DNA of 60,568 nt, from the IMG/VR virus record IMGVR_UViG_3300035047_000236; one strand, given 5' to 3'. Position 1 is the stretch's first letter. Every line of letters starts with the position of its first letter. The DNA is from a virus. Of the stretch, positions 8,599 to 17,381 are shown in pieces. The position numbers were made by a program, and so were the translations under genes. The notes below the pieces were generated by a model. It ran no database searches and had not been told where the DNA came from. It saw only the letters and a list, made by a program, of their open reading frames with translations.

Positions 8599-9651
8599 CA
8601 GTTGAACCGCCTTCTCGGAACTCTGGTTTAGCGGACCACCAATAGACCGCCCGGCTGAAGCACTATGTCCAACCGTTTGCTCATAAAGAAACCACCCATT
8701 AGCAGAAATATTAAAGGCTGCGTTTGAGTCTCTATGGTCAAAGTGAGAACATGAACATTTGTAGTTCTTTCCGTTTGGTTTGTTGATACTTCCACATCTT
8801 GAGCAAACCTGGCTTGTATAGGCTGGGTTTACAAAATAGATGGGTATGCCAAGCAAAGATGCTTTATATTTGACAAAAGTTTCCAACTGATAGAAAGACC
8901 ATTGAGATTTTTGAACATATCTCTTGGCTTTACCTTTCTTGGAAATCTTTCCTAAATCTTCCAATACAATAGCAAGGCGATGTGATTTGGCAAAATCAAC
9001 AACGGAACGACTCACTTTATGATTAATATCTTTAACTCTATTTGACTGTTTTCTTCTGATTTTCTTTAAAGCATTTTTAGCTCCTTTCTTCTGTAAGTTT
9101 TTCCTTCTATTGCGAAAGTTTTTAGTTATTCCAGATACATCTGGACCTAACTTCCTAACTTTTCCAGACATAACGTCAGCACAAACTACAACATTTTCTA
9201 CACTGTTTCTATCAACACCAAGAAAGCCTTGAACTTCCTGCTCTTGTAAGACAGGAGTGTTATAAGAGTAGAACATAAACCATTTCCCGTTTCTTTTGAA
9301 AAACTCTACCTGTCTAATAAATCCAGAAATAAGTTTAGGAAATACAACAGGTAAAATAGATTTTTTGAAAAATGCTGGAACCCTGATACCACCTTCTACA
9401 ATCTTTACTTGTTTTCCTTTATCTCCGCAGACAGGTAAAACAAGATTTTTTACCTGCTTGAGTTTCTTATTTCTTTGGTATTTAGAAATAAGACTTTTAG
9501 CAAGAACACAAGGTATTTCTTTGTAATATTTTGAAGAAGATTTGGTTCTATCTTCCAGCATTCTATTAACACAAACAGATGCTTTTTGATACAACTCATC
9601 CAAAATAGGAGTAAGGTTATGAGGTATAACGACCTTAAAAGTAAGACACAT
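8575..9651 (-). CDS. tnpB: TnpB RNA-guided endonuclease (about 358 aa from the likely ATG at 9651; ORF track extends to 9765)
   Basis: RuvC-I LGVDRN, RuvC-II VLEDL, WSFYQL, VNPAYTSQVCSRCG, zinc finger, RuvC-III HRDSNAAFNI. Confidence 0.93.
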   Translation of the reverse strand: MCLTFKVVIPHNLTPILDELYQKASVCVNRMLEDRTKSSSKYYKEIPCVLAKSLISKYQRNKKLKQVKNLVLPVCGDKGKQVKIVEGGIRVPAFFKKSILPVVFPKLISGFIRQVEFFKRNGKWFMFYSYNTPVLQEQEVQGFLGVDRNSVENVVVCADVMSGKVRKLGPDVSGITKNFRNRRKNLQKKGAKNALKKIRRKQSNRVKDINHKVSRSVVDFAKSHRLAIVLEDLGKISKKGKAKRYVQKSQWSFYQLETFVKYKASLLGIPIYFVNPAYTSQVCSRCGSINKPNGKNYKCSCSHFDHRDSNAAFNISANGWFLYEQTVGHSASAGRSIGGPLNQSSEKAVQLESSGGAR

Positions 9652-10017
9652 TGTAAATACTTTCTCGTCTATCATGTTGTGTTTGTGACCAAGTTTCGCT
9701 ATAAAGTTTTGCATCCACACATTCTCCAAGATTTGATTTTGACTCTCCCAGAAATGGCTAAACAAATGTCAGTTAGTATTTCTGAAATAAATGGTGAAGA
9801 AGACCACATACATTTTCTTTTGGAAACAACACCGCAAGATAATCTTGGGGGCGTTATAGGAGCACTAAAAGCACGGTCCTCTTCGTATCTACACAACAAA
9901 TATGCTTTTCCGTATTGGGGAAAACATTCCAGAACTCTTTGGTCTTCTGGGTATTTTGTAGTGTCCACTGGGGGTGCTCCTTTAGATGTTATTAAAAAGT
10001 ATATCCAAAACCAATAA
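9619..10017 (+). CDS. tnpA: IS200-type Y1 (HUH) transposase
   Basis: YHVVFVTKFR, EEDHIHFL (HUH), LKARSS, LWSSGYFVVSTG, IKKYIQNQ (catalytic Tyr). AGGAG upstream of ATG 9619. Confidence 0.95.
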   Translation: MRYNDLKSKTHCKYFLVYHVVFVTKFRYKVLHPHILQDLILTLPEMAKQMSVSISEINGEEDHIHFLLETTPQDNLGGVIGALKARSSSYLHNKYAFPYWGKHSRTLWSSGYFVVSTGGAPLDVIKKYIQNQ

Positions 10018-10041
10018 TAAGCATTAAATCCTACTTGTCAA
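10014..10041 (-). promoter_or_regulatory. Sigma70-like promoter in the IS left end, pointing inward toward tnpB
   Basis: TTGACA (10041-10036), 16 nt, TATTAT (10019-10014). Confidence 0.5.
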
Positions 10042-10086
10042 GAGCCTAACCCCGAACACCGTTCGGGGATTGCGGCTCTAAGACTG
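10042..10086 (-). other. IS left end: guide CAAT and hairpin CCCCGAAC-GGT-GTTCGGGG with outer GAGCC/GGCTC stem
   Basis: Perfect 8-bp stem at 10050-10068; CAAT at +15 to +18 from the junction after target TGAA. Confidence 0.88.
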
Positions 10087-10687
10087 TTCATAGTCTGTAT
10101 ATAATTGTTCATTCTTTTCATTAATTACTATGTAATAATGAGATTTCTTATTAAATACTTCACAATTATCTTTACATTCTTTGGAACAATAAAACCTATT
10201 TTCACCATAAGTTTTACCATTAAGTGCCCTTATTCTACTTTTTACTTCCGATCTTAAAGGAACAAACCAACTCTTACATTTAGAACATCTGACCTGCAAA
10301 AGTGGTCTATCTTTTTTATCTATAAATTTCCTAACATCCTCAACATAAGATAATTTATTAGCATAAGTACTAAATAAAGGCAAATTTAATTTGCTCACAC
10401 CACCCTTCCAATTTACATTATTTTCCCCAAAATTTGCAATAGATACTTTCTGTTTACTATCATCATTAACTGACTTTCCGTAGTTATAATTATTTATTCC
10501 AGAGTTAGCACAACTATTTGAACAAAACTTAGAAGGATCTTTCTTTTTTGTAAAGTAAGGGTTTCCACAATACAAACAAGAATCTTTATATACTAAATAC
10601 ATTAAGTACTTTTTTCCCTGCTTAACAAAATTTCCTCTTTTAGTATAATTAATGCCTTCTAAATCATCCCAACATATCTTCATAATA

Positions 10688-11323
10688 TTATTCTTTAATT
10701 CTAATCTCGTCCTCTCTTAAATTTCTCTTAAATCTAGCAGGAATACCCATAACCACAGTTCCAGGACTAACATCCCTTGTAACTACAGAAGATGCTCCTA
10801 CCATAGCATCCTTTCCAATCCTAACATTAGGTAAAATAGAGGCATTTGATCCAATAGTAGCCCAATCCTCAATTATCGGTCCTATAAAATCAAATCCACC
10901 CTTAGTTTTATCTCTTGACATGGCATTATCATTAGCCATAATTACTGCTGGTCCGCAAAAAACATGATTACCTAAAATAGCATCGCTGGCCACATTTGTC
11001 AAGTCCATAACTCTAGTGTAATTACCTATTTTTGTTCTAGCTCCAACTTTAGTGCTTATACCAACTATACAATTATCGCCTATTTCAACATCTTCCCTAA
11101 TATGAACACCGTCTCCTATCAAACAATTCTTACCAATTTTAACATTACTGTATATAACAGTATTTGCACCTATAACAGTATTATCTCCAATAATAACATC
11201 ACCATTTCCAACCTTATTATAATCAATCTCTGTTATACCAGAAGGTGCCATTGGTTTTCTACCAATAACACAGTTTGGAAATATAACAACATTATCACCT
11301 TTTTTAACTTCTACAAATAGCAT
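10688..11323 (-). CDS. Hexapeptide-repeat sugar N-acyltransferase (WbpD/WlbB-like)
   Basis: Hexapeptide repeats; VFCGPAVIMAND; IGSNASILP; VGASSVVTRDV...GIPAR. Confidence 0.9.
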   Translation of the reverse strand: MLFVEVKKGDNVVIFPNCVIGRKPMAPSGITEIDYNKVGNGDVIIGDNTVIGANTVIYSNVKIGKNCLIGDGVHIREDVEIGDNCIVGISTKVGARTKIGNYTRVMDLTNVASDAILGNHVFCGPAVIMANDNAMSRDKTKGGFDFIGPIIEDWATIGSNASILPNVRIGKDAMVGASSVVTRDVSPGTVVMGIPARFKRNLREDEIRIKE

Positions 11324-11324
11324 A

Positions 11325-12353
11325 TTAACTTATCTCCCCTTCAAATTTTTTTTCTACATTATTGTCTTTTTGTTTATCTTTACAAAACTTATTAAATAAT
11401 CTTAAATACTCTTCTGCTCTTTTTTTATTATACTCAAGTATAGTATAATACATTGATTCTATAACAGGTTCTTCTTTGTCAAAGAAAATATCGCCGGCAA
11501 ACCATTTAGGATTAACTTTTTTAAAACTAATATTAAATTCATAGAAACCTTTGTAACCATTATACTTTAACCATGTGTGAACTGGCAGCATTAATGATGG
11601 TGGAGGCATGAGAACATTGCTACCTAATCTATGATTTGCTTCTGCTGCATCCATACTCCATCTAAACTTTAGAACTTTACTGGTGTGTGTTGTGTGACCT
11701 AAATGAATAACAACTAAATGCCAGTTTTCCTTCTTATCTATATTAATATCTTTAACAACTGGTTTTCTGCCATAACCAAAGTTTGATGGATGATGCCAAC
11801 CCATATGGGTACCTGTAGTCAATCTATTGTCATAACTATAGTCATTACTAAACCTCCATATAGGTGATTTACTATGTGAATTAGCATCCCTACCCCAAAC
11901 CTTATCATTTCTGTACCAAGTTCTAGATCTCCATAGATGTATTAATGGTATTTTAACTATATCAACATTAGTATTATAATAATCAGTTAATTTTTTTCTA
12001 AATAAATCACCACCAACCACAGTAGCAGCGTGTGAGTATATTTGATCTGCTGCCCTTATAACTACCCAGTCTGGTTCTTTTTCTGCTATTCTATCAACAA
12101 CAAATTTCCACCTATTGTTTCCTCTACTTATAACACTATTAGAGTTGTGTCTAAAAATTCTTATATTATTATACTTTTTAGCATAGTCCTGCAGCACCAC
12201 CCATGAACCATCAGTGCTACCATCATCCAAAACAACTATATCATCAAACCCAACATCAATTGCATTGTTTAAGGTTTCATGTAAGTGTCCCTTAATTAAT
12301 TCATTATACATAGGGATACCAAGAGAAATCTTTACTCTCTCTTTGTGCTTCAT
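11325..12353 (-). CDS. Glycosyltransferase, GT-A fold (GT2-like)
   Basis: ISLGIPMYNE, IVVLDDGSTDGS; DxD position reads AAD. Confidence 0.82.
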   Translation of the reverse strand: MKHKERVKISLGIPMYNELIKGHLHETLNNAIDVGFDDIVVLDDGSTDGSWVVLQDYAKKYNNIRIFRHNSNSVISRGNNRWKFVVDRIAEKEPDWVVIRAADQIYSHAATVVGGDLFRKKLTDYYNTNVDIVKIPLIHLWRSRTWYRNDKVWGRDANSHSKSPIWRFSNDYSYDNRLTTGTHMGWHHPSNFGYGRKPVVKDINIDKKENWHLVVIHLGHTTHTSKVLKFRWSMDAAEANHRLGSNVLMPPPSLMLPVHTWLKYNGYKGFYEFNISFKKVNPKWFAGDIFFDKEEPVIESMYYTILEYNKKRAEEYLRLFNKFCKDKQKDNNVEKKFEGEIS

Positions 12354-12378
12354 TTATACTAATTTCCTCCTATACATT

Positions 12379-13251
12379 TTATTTTACTCGTCTTAAATCA
12401 TGAGGACTAAAGCCCCATTTTTTAATAAAATATCTATAAGCCATGTGTTCATTGTTTCTATAACCAATTTTTTTCTCCTGTTTAAGACCTAATTTTCTAG
12501 TAGTAATAGAGCCCCAATGATGAACATAAGAATTAAGAGCAACTCCGCTTGTAAAACCATTTTTATATACTCTAACATAATAATCTATATCAGAATAAGA
12601 TGCCAAATCATACTTCAAAAAATCTTCATCCTTTAGTCCTGTTTTTTCTATTACTTTCTTTTTGTATAGAATTAACCCAGGCCACAATATGAATTTAGTT
12701 TTTACAAACTTTTTACTTATTTTAGATCTGAATTTTTTTGAAAAGGAATTAATTCCTCCACTATATATATTACTGATTACATAATTCATTAAGTTTATAT
12801 CATCTTCTTGTAAATATTTTAATCTTAACTCTTTATACTTTTCTATTTTAGAGCCTATGAACGGTGCCATAGCTCTTATCTCTTTAACACTGTGGAATAC
12901 AAAAGGGTTTACACAATCAAAGTCTGATTCTAACATATAACTCAGCCAATTATTTGATACTATGTGGTCATTAGCCATAACTAATACATGGGTAAGTTCT
13001 TTGTCTCCCATAGCCCACTTCATGCCTTGGTTAGATGCTTTACACGCGCCAAAATTTTTTTTATTTGATATAAAATTAGACAATGTCCCCTTTGATAATA
13101 ACTTTTTAGCCCATTTTTTAGTTTCATCAACACTACCATTATCTACCAAACACAGTTTATAGGTTCCTTCTTTAGTGTTATCTATTATGGATTCAACACA
13201 CATCTTAGTGAATAAATAATGATTAAATGAAACTATTATTATGCCAACCAT
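12379..13251 (-). CDS. Glycosyltransferase, GT2-like
   Basis: IIIVSFNH, LVDNGSVDET, NFGACKASNQG, MAND, SDIDYYVR, VHHWGS. Confidence 0.88.
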   Translation of the reverse strand: MVGIIIVSFNHYLFTKMCVESIIDNTKEGTYKLCLVDNGSVDETKKWAKKLLSKGTLSNFISNKKNFGACKASNQGMKWAMGDKELTHVLVMANDHIVSNNWLSYMLESDFDCVNPFVFHSVKEIRAMAPFIGSKIEKYKELRLKYLQEDDINLMNYVISNIYSGGINSFSKKFRSKISKKFVKTKFILWPGLILYKKKVIEKTGLKDEDFLKYDLASYSDIDYYVRVYKNGFTSGVALNSYVHHWGSITTRKLGLKQEKKIGYRNNEHMAYRYFIKKWGFSPHDLRRVK

Positions 13252-14261
13252 CAGTCAACCTCTATCCATGCTCCGCTATTCTTTAACGATGTTTGCATAG
13301 CGCTTAAAACTTTAACAACATTAAAACCTATATGCCCAGAAGCAATTGGTTGAGTATTATTTTTTATACTATTAATAAAATCTAATAACTCATCCCTCAT
13401 AGGCTCTTTATTCTTTATATAAGGAACTACAATATCACCATATCTATAACTCATTAGATGGTCAGCGTAGGATAAATTAGATGTCTCACTTCTTTCTTTT
13501 ACATCAATTCCCATATTGTAAATTTCTATTTTCTTTTCTCCTGATTCACAAACCACCATTTGTTTTGAACCCACAACAACAGTCTTTCTTATTTTTAATG
13601 GGTCTAACCAACTAAGGTGTAGATGGGCAGTAGTACCATTTTTATATTTCATATTTATAAAAGCAACATCTTCAGTATCAATTACATGATTGGTTCCAAA
13701 AGCAGATACAGACTCACATTCCGAATCAAATAAATAATCTATGATACTTATATCGTGTGGAGATAAATCTTCAATGACATTCGCTGGAGACTGTATTTTA
13801 CCCAAATTAAGTCTTTGTATATATGCATAGTGTATTTTACCAAAATCTGGGCTATTAATAATTTCTTTTAATTTAATTATCTCTGGACTATAAAGGAATA
13901 TATGCCCTACAGATAAAACTAACCCAAGTTTATCAGCAAGAATAAGTATTTCTTTAGCTTCTTGTACATCTAAAGTCATTGGTTTCTCTAAGAAAACATT
14001 CTTACCAGAATTCAAAGCATCAATAGCTATTTTGTAGTGTGTGTTTGGAGGAGTTGATATAATTACACCATCAACATTTTTGTCTTCAAGAATGTCTTTA
14101 TAGTCAGTGCTAAAAATTACCTCTTTATATATAGGATCATTAACAAACTTTAATAATTTTTCTTCATCTAAATCAACCGCTGAATGTAAAACACCAAGAT
14201 TATTAGCGTTTCTTAATAAATTGGGACCCCAATAACCTAAACCTATTACCGATAATTTCAT
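13251..14261 (-). CDS. Gfo/Idh/MocA NAD-dependent sugar oxidoreductase (WbpB/WlbA-like)
   Basis: VIGLGYWG Rossmann motif, STPPNTH, LEKPM, VGH, DLSPHDIS. Confidence 0.93.
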   Translation of the reverse strand: MKLSVIGLGYWGPNLLRNANNLGVLHSAVDLDEEKLLKFVNDPIYKEVIFSTDYKDILEDKNVDGVIISTPPNTHYKIAIDALNSGKNVFLEKPMTLDVQEAKEILILADKLGLVLSVGHIFLYSPEIIKLKEIINSPDFGKIHYAYIQRLNLGKIQSPANVIEDLSPHDISIIDYLFDSECESVSAFGTNHVIDTEDVAFINMKYKNGTTAHLHLSWLDPLKIRKTVVVGSKQMVVCESGEKKIEIYNMGIDVKERSETSNLSYADHLMSYRYGDIVVPYIKNKEPMRDELLDFINSIKNNTQPIASGHIGFNVVKVLSAMQTSLKNSGAWIEVD

Positions 14262-14275
14262 TTAATTACCCCTTT

Positions 14276-14911
14276 CTATGGCCAGATATCTTTTCCGCCA
14301 TCTTGTTTTTGTTTTAATTTTAATTCATTATATAATTTATTCATCTCGTCAAAATTATAATTTATTCTTGGTTTCCAATACATATTAAAGTGATGAATAT
14401 CTTTTCCTTCTAATATAATTCTTCTTCTATCATTTTTTACCCATTCGTGAACATAATTTACGAGGTGTATTCTTGGGTAGTCATTCCTAGCCAACCTATA
14501 TTGATGATCAGGATACCAATTTTGTTTGGTATACTCTTTTTTCATCTCAAGATCTTCCCAATGTCTTCTAGGAAATCCTACCAAGTCTACTTCTGTATCT
14601 TGAAGTTTTTCTATAAGTGGTTTTAACATTTCTCCAAACTCTTTAGTTATTTTCTCATCTGGAGCAATGCCTATAAACCAATCGCTTTTTCCACTTATCC
14701 ATTTACGTAATGTGTTACCAAACTTACCAAAGTTTTCAAAAGTAGCATATTCTATATTACACCCATAAGATCTTGCTATTTCTTCTGTTCTATCTGTTGT
14801 TCTATCATCTATCATTATATAGCTTTCATCAACATGTGGAAGAACTGTCTCTAACATATCAGCTATACAGTGTTCTTCGTTCCTAACTAAAGTAGCATGT
14901 ATTAATTTCAT
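14276..14911 (-). CDS. Glycosyltransferase, GT2-like (WaaE/KdtX-type)
   Basis: LVRNEEHCI, IDDRTTDRT.EIA, APDE, WYPDHQYRL, VHE, IHH. Confidence 0.82.
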   Translation of the reverse strand: MKLIHATLVRNEEHCIADMLETVLPHVDESYIMIDDRTTDRTEEIARSYGCNIEYATFENFGKFGNTLRKWISGKSDWFIGIAPDEKITKEFGEMLKPLIEKLQDTEVDLVGFPRRHWEDLEMKKEYTKQNWYPDHQYRLARNDYPRIHLVNYVHEWVKNDRRRIILEGKDIHHFNMYWKPRINYNFDEMNKLYNELKLKQKQDGGKDIWP

Positions 14912-15420
14912 TTATCCTTCCTCATCTTGGCAACCATATTATAACCTTCTTTCTTCCAACTAACCTCAATCAATCCATTTCTCTCACACACATGTTTAAA
15001 CAATCTTCTATCGTAGCCTGTGTAATGAAAATTACCTTTATAGTCCTGACCTCCAAAAATTAACCAAGAGAAATAACCACATATAGGCTCACCATTACTT
15101 CTATCTTCATTTCTTCTTCTTAAATAATCAGCCACTATTTCCTCTAAATTAGGAAGTCTAAACTCAATTATACCTCCTACTTTAAGTACCCTTTTCCATT
15201 CTGTCAAGATATTATCTACTTCTTTTATTGGGAAGTGCTCAATTATATCTGATGCAAGTACAAAATCAAATTCTTCGTCTCCAAACCTAAGTTTTCTAAC
15301 ATCACAAACATAATCTATTCCAGACAGAGTTCTTTCATCAACATTCACACACTCATACTCTGGTGTAGGGTAGGTTTTGTAAACTCTTCTACCAGCTCCA
15401 ATATTTAATGTCCTTTTCAT
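14908..15420 (-). CDS. SAM-dependent methyltransferase (class I)
   Basis: LNIGAG, DVRKLRFGDEEFDFVLASDIIEH, EWKRVLKVGG. Start taken at MKRTL (15420) rather than the track's 15507. Confidence 0.88.
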   Translation of the reverse strand: MKRTLNIGAGRRVYKTYPTPEYECVNVDERTLSGIDYVCDVRKLRFGDEEFDFVLASDIIEHFPIKEVDNILTEWKRVLKVGGIIEFRLPNLEEIVADYLRRRNEDRSNGEPICGYFSWLIFGGQDYKGNFHYTGYDRRLFKHVCERNGLIEVSWKKEGYNMVAKMRKDK

Positions 15421-15424
15421 ATAA

Positions 15425-15628
15425 CTACTCCTCAATATTGCTTTTTCCAAAAATAAAATTATATATAACTTCAAACGGTTTGAAGAACAATGGAGTATAA
15501 TACTCATAAGATGCCCCTTTTAAACCTCCTTCATAACACACCGCCTCTAACACATCTATTTTTCTAATTTTTAACCACCATCTTCTTAAATACAATGGTT
15601 TTAAGCTAACAGTTATATAATTGCTCAT
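15425..15628 (-). CDS. Small hypothetical protein (67 aa)
   Basis: ATG at 15628 with GGAGG upstream; fills the gap between neighbours. Confidence 0.55.
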   Translation of the reverse strand: MSNYITVSLKPLYLRRWWLKIRKIDVLEAVCYEGGLKGASYEYYTPLFFKPFEVIYNFIFGKSNIEE

Positions 15629-15632
15629 ACAT

Positions 15633-15893
15633 TTAACCTCCAATTTCATATTCTTTTTTACATGTTCCAGAAAATGTTGTTTGTGGAGAACAAAAAGACA
15701 TAAAAAATCTTCCGTCATCAATACCAGATTTGACTTTATTAATATCAGATGATAAAAGACCTTGTTTTATTAAATCCTCCAACAATCTCTCTACTCCTCT
15801 AGACACTATATCCCAACGTTTATTTTTTATATAACTCTCATCACAGTCAAAAGAACAAATAGTTTTATTTTCAAGTTCCATGATTACCTCCAT
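15633..15893 (-). CDS. Hypothetical protein
   Basis: Same-strand ORF; GGAGG precedes the second Met (MELENK). Confidence 0.6.
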   Translation of the reverse strand: MEVIMELENKTICSFDCDESYIKNKRWDIVSRGVERLLEDLIKQGLLSSDINKVKSGIDDGRFFMSFCSPQTTFSGTCKKEYEIGG

Positions 15894-15924
15894 ATATACT
15901 ACCCTTTAGTTACTATTTTACACA

Positions 15925-17043
15925 TTACATACTACTTATAGCATCTACTATCTTATTGCCTATAGCAGAATAATTAAAGCCGGTCTGCAGATATTCCTTT
16001 AGTTTTTTACCTCTATTTGATGCTTCTTCCCTATTATCATAAACTTTTCTCATAAGTTCTGCACCGTGTATTATATCAGCCTCTGCCCAACTTTGCTCCA
16101 TTAAATACCAAGGGGACCACGGCATTCCAGCCACTGGTGTTAATATATAATCAACTAAATAACTATTTTCTTTATTCAAATATTCAGTTACTCCTCCAAA
16201 CCCTGTTGAAACCACTGGGTTTCCAGCGCATCCTGCATATGCTGTTGATAAACCAAATCCCTCTCCCCTATCTAAACTTACATAACAATCACCTCTTCTA
16301 TGTAAACTAAGCATCTCATCTTCACTTAACATATCAGGTATTAAATATATCTTAGGGTGACTTACTGACGGACTCATTCTCTTTAAATTGATAAGCATTT
16401 TTCTAACAGCATCCTTTTCTTGATCAGAGTAATCAGACCTATATGTTTTTAGAACCAATGCTACATCTTCTCCTGACATAAAAGCTCTCCAATAAGCCCT
16501 TATAGTTGCTATTGGATTTTTTCTCTCGTGCCACTGAAATATACTATAAAACATAAAGGTATCATCACTTAAACCTTTAATATTATATTCACCTATACCA
16601 TCAAACTTTACTGTATCTATAACATGAGGCACATTAAAAATGGGAACTATAACTCCAGATTTTTTAAATATATCTACATTCCATTGACAGCCAACCATAC
16701 ACATGTCTACATTATTATTAATGTAATTAGGCCAAGATGGGTGTAATCTATCTGTTTCCCAAATAGTATATCCACAGTTCAACACACCATCCTCTTTATG
16801 GTTCTTCCAAAACTCAGGTGTAGTATGTATAATATTAACATTATAATCTACATCTTTATTAATCAAGCTTCTAAGAATTTCTCCATCTTCTCCAAGCTCT
16901 GGTCTAGCTTTTTCAAAAGAAATTGGATTTATCTTTATAGGTATGCCTAGTTTATATAATGATAAAACATTCTCCCTGCTTGCTTTTGCATACCCTGAAT
17001 TATCAAAAAGCGGGGCAGTGTATTTAATTCCTCTTATTTCCAT
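15925..17043 (-). CDS. Glycosyltransferase, GT-B fold (GT4-like)
   Basis: SGYAKASR, YTIWET, ERKN, DCYVSLDRGEGFGL, GNPVVSTGFGGVTEYL. Confidence 0.88.
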   Translation of the reverse strand: MEIRGIKYTAPLFDNSGYAKASRENVLSLYKLGIPIKINPISFEKARPELGEDGEILRSLINKDVDYNVNIIHTTPEFWKNHKEDGVLNCGYTIWETDRLHPSWPNYINNNVDMCMVGCQWNVDIFKKSGVIVPIFNVPHVIDTVKFDGIGEYNIKGLSDDTFMFYSIFQWHERKNPIATIRAYWRAFMSGEDVALVLKTYRSDYSDQEKDAVRKMLINLKRMSPSVSHPKIYLIPDMLSEDEMLSLHRRGDCYVSLDRGEGFGLSTAYAGCAGNPVVSTGFGGVTEYLNKENSYLVDYILTPVAGMPWSPWYLMEQSWAEADIIHGAELMRKVYDNREEASNRGKKLKEYLQTGFNYSAIGNKIVDAISSM

Positions 17044-17045
17044 TT

Positions 17046-17366
17046 CTATTCCTTTCCTTTTGGTTTAAAAAACATCTTTGGGTCACATGTAGAACACCAA
17101 GATTCAGTATTATGAACTTCTCCAGTAACCTGGCAATGACCTCTTTTTTGATGCATTTCACAATTTTTACATTGACAAGTTAAACCTTCTATAAATTGCG
17201 GAAACTCCCAACTTCCAAGACCAACCTTTATGTTTATAAGATATATTGTATCAAAATATTCTTTGTTTTTGTTCAACCTTTTTGGCGGGGCCGAGTAACC
17301 TTTATATACTCTACATGCTTTTTTTAAACCATCTAGTAATTCAAGCATTCCATCAATAGAAAACAT
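17046..17366 (-). CDS. Hypothetical Cys/His-rich protein
   Basis: CQCKNC..H...HC...WCSTC; tight operon packing. Confidence 0.6.
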   Translation of the reverse strand: MFSIDGMLELLDGLKKACRVYKGYSAPPKRLNKNKEYFDTIYLINIKVGLGSWEFPQFIEGLTCQCKNCEMHQKRGHCQVTGEVHNTESWCSTCDPKMFFKPKGKE

Positions 17367-17381
17367 AATTTATCCTTTTAA

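Larger units (their letters stand above)
8568..10086 (-). mobile_element. IS200/IS605-family element, IS605-type (divergent tnpA and tnpB), 1519 bp
   Basis: Subterminal hairpins at both ends; right end terminates in TCAA; left flank ends in TGAA; no target duplication or terminal inverted repeats; carries Y1 transposase and TnpB. Confidence 0.93.
8337..10683 (-). pseudogene. HNH homing-endonuclease gene split by an IS605-type insertion (5' part 10683-10087, 3' part 8567-8337)
   Basis: Removing 8568-10086 joins ...TAT GAA to TTA AGT ATC TGG... in frame, giving 275 aa: Cys-rich/NUMOD3-like N-half, then LYTDYE-LSIWSKEVLKRANYKCEYCG...HAHHI...NGLACCVECH. Confidence 0.9.

Noticed and set aside
9652-9765. 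N-terminal 38-aa extension of TnpB in the ORF track
   Set aside because: It is the antisense of conserved tnpA coding sequence; ATG 9651 is a more plausible start.
8568-10086. IStron (group I intron-IS chimera)
   Set aside because: The element is fully occupied by tnpA, tnpB and short ends, leaving no room for a group I ribozyme core.
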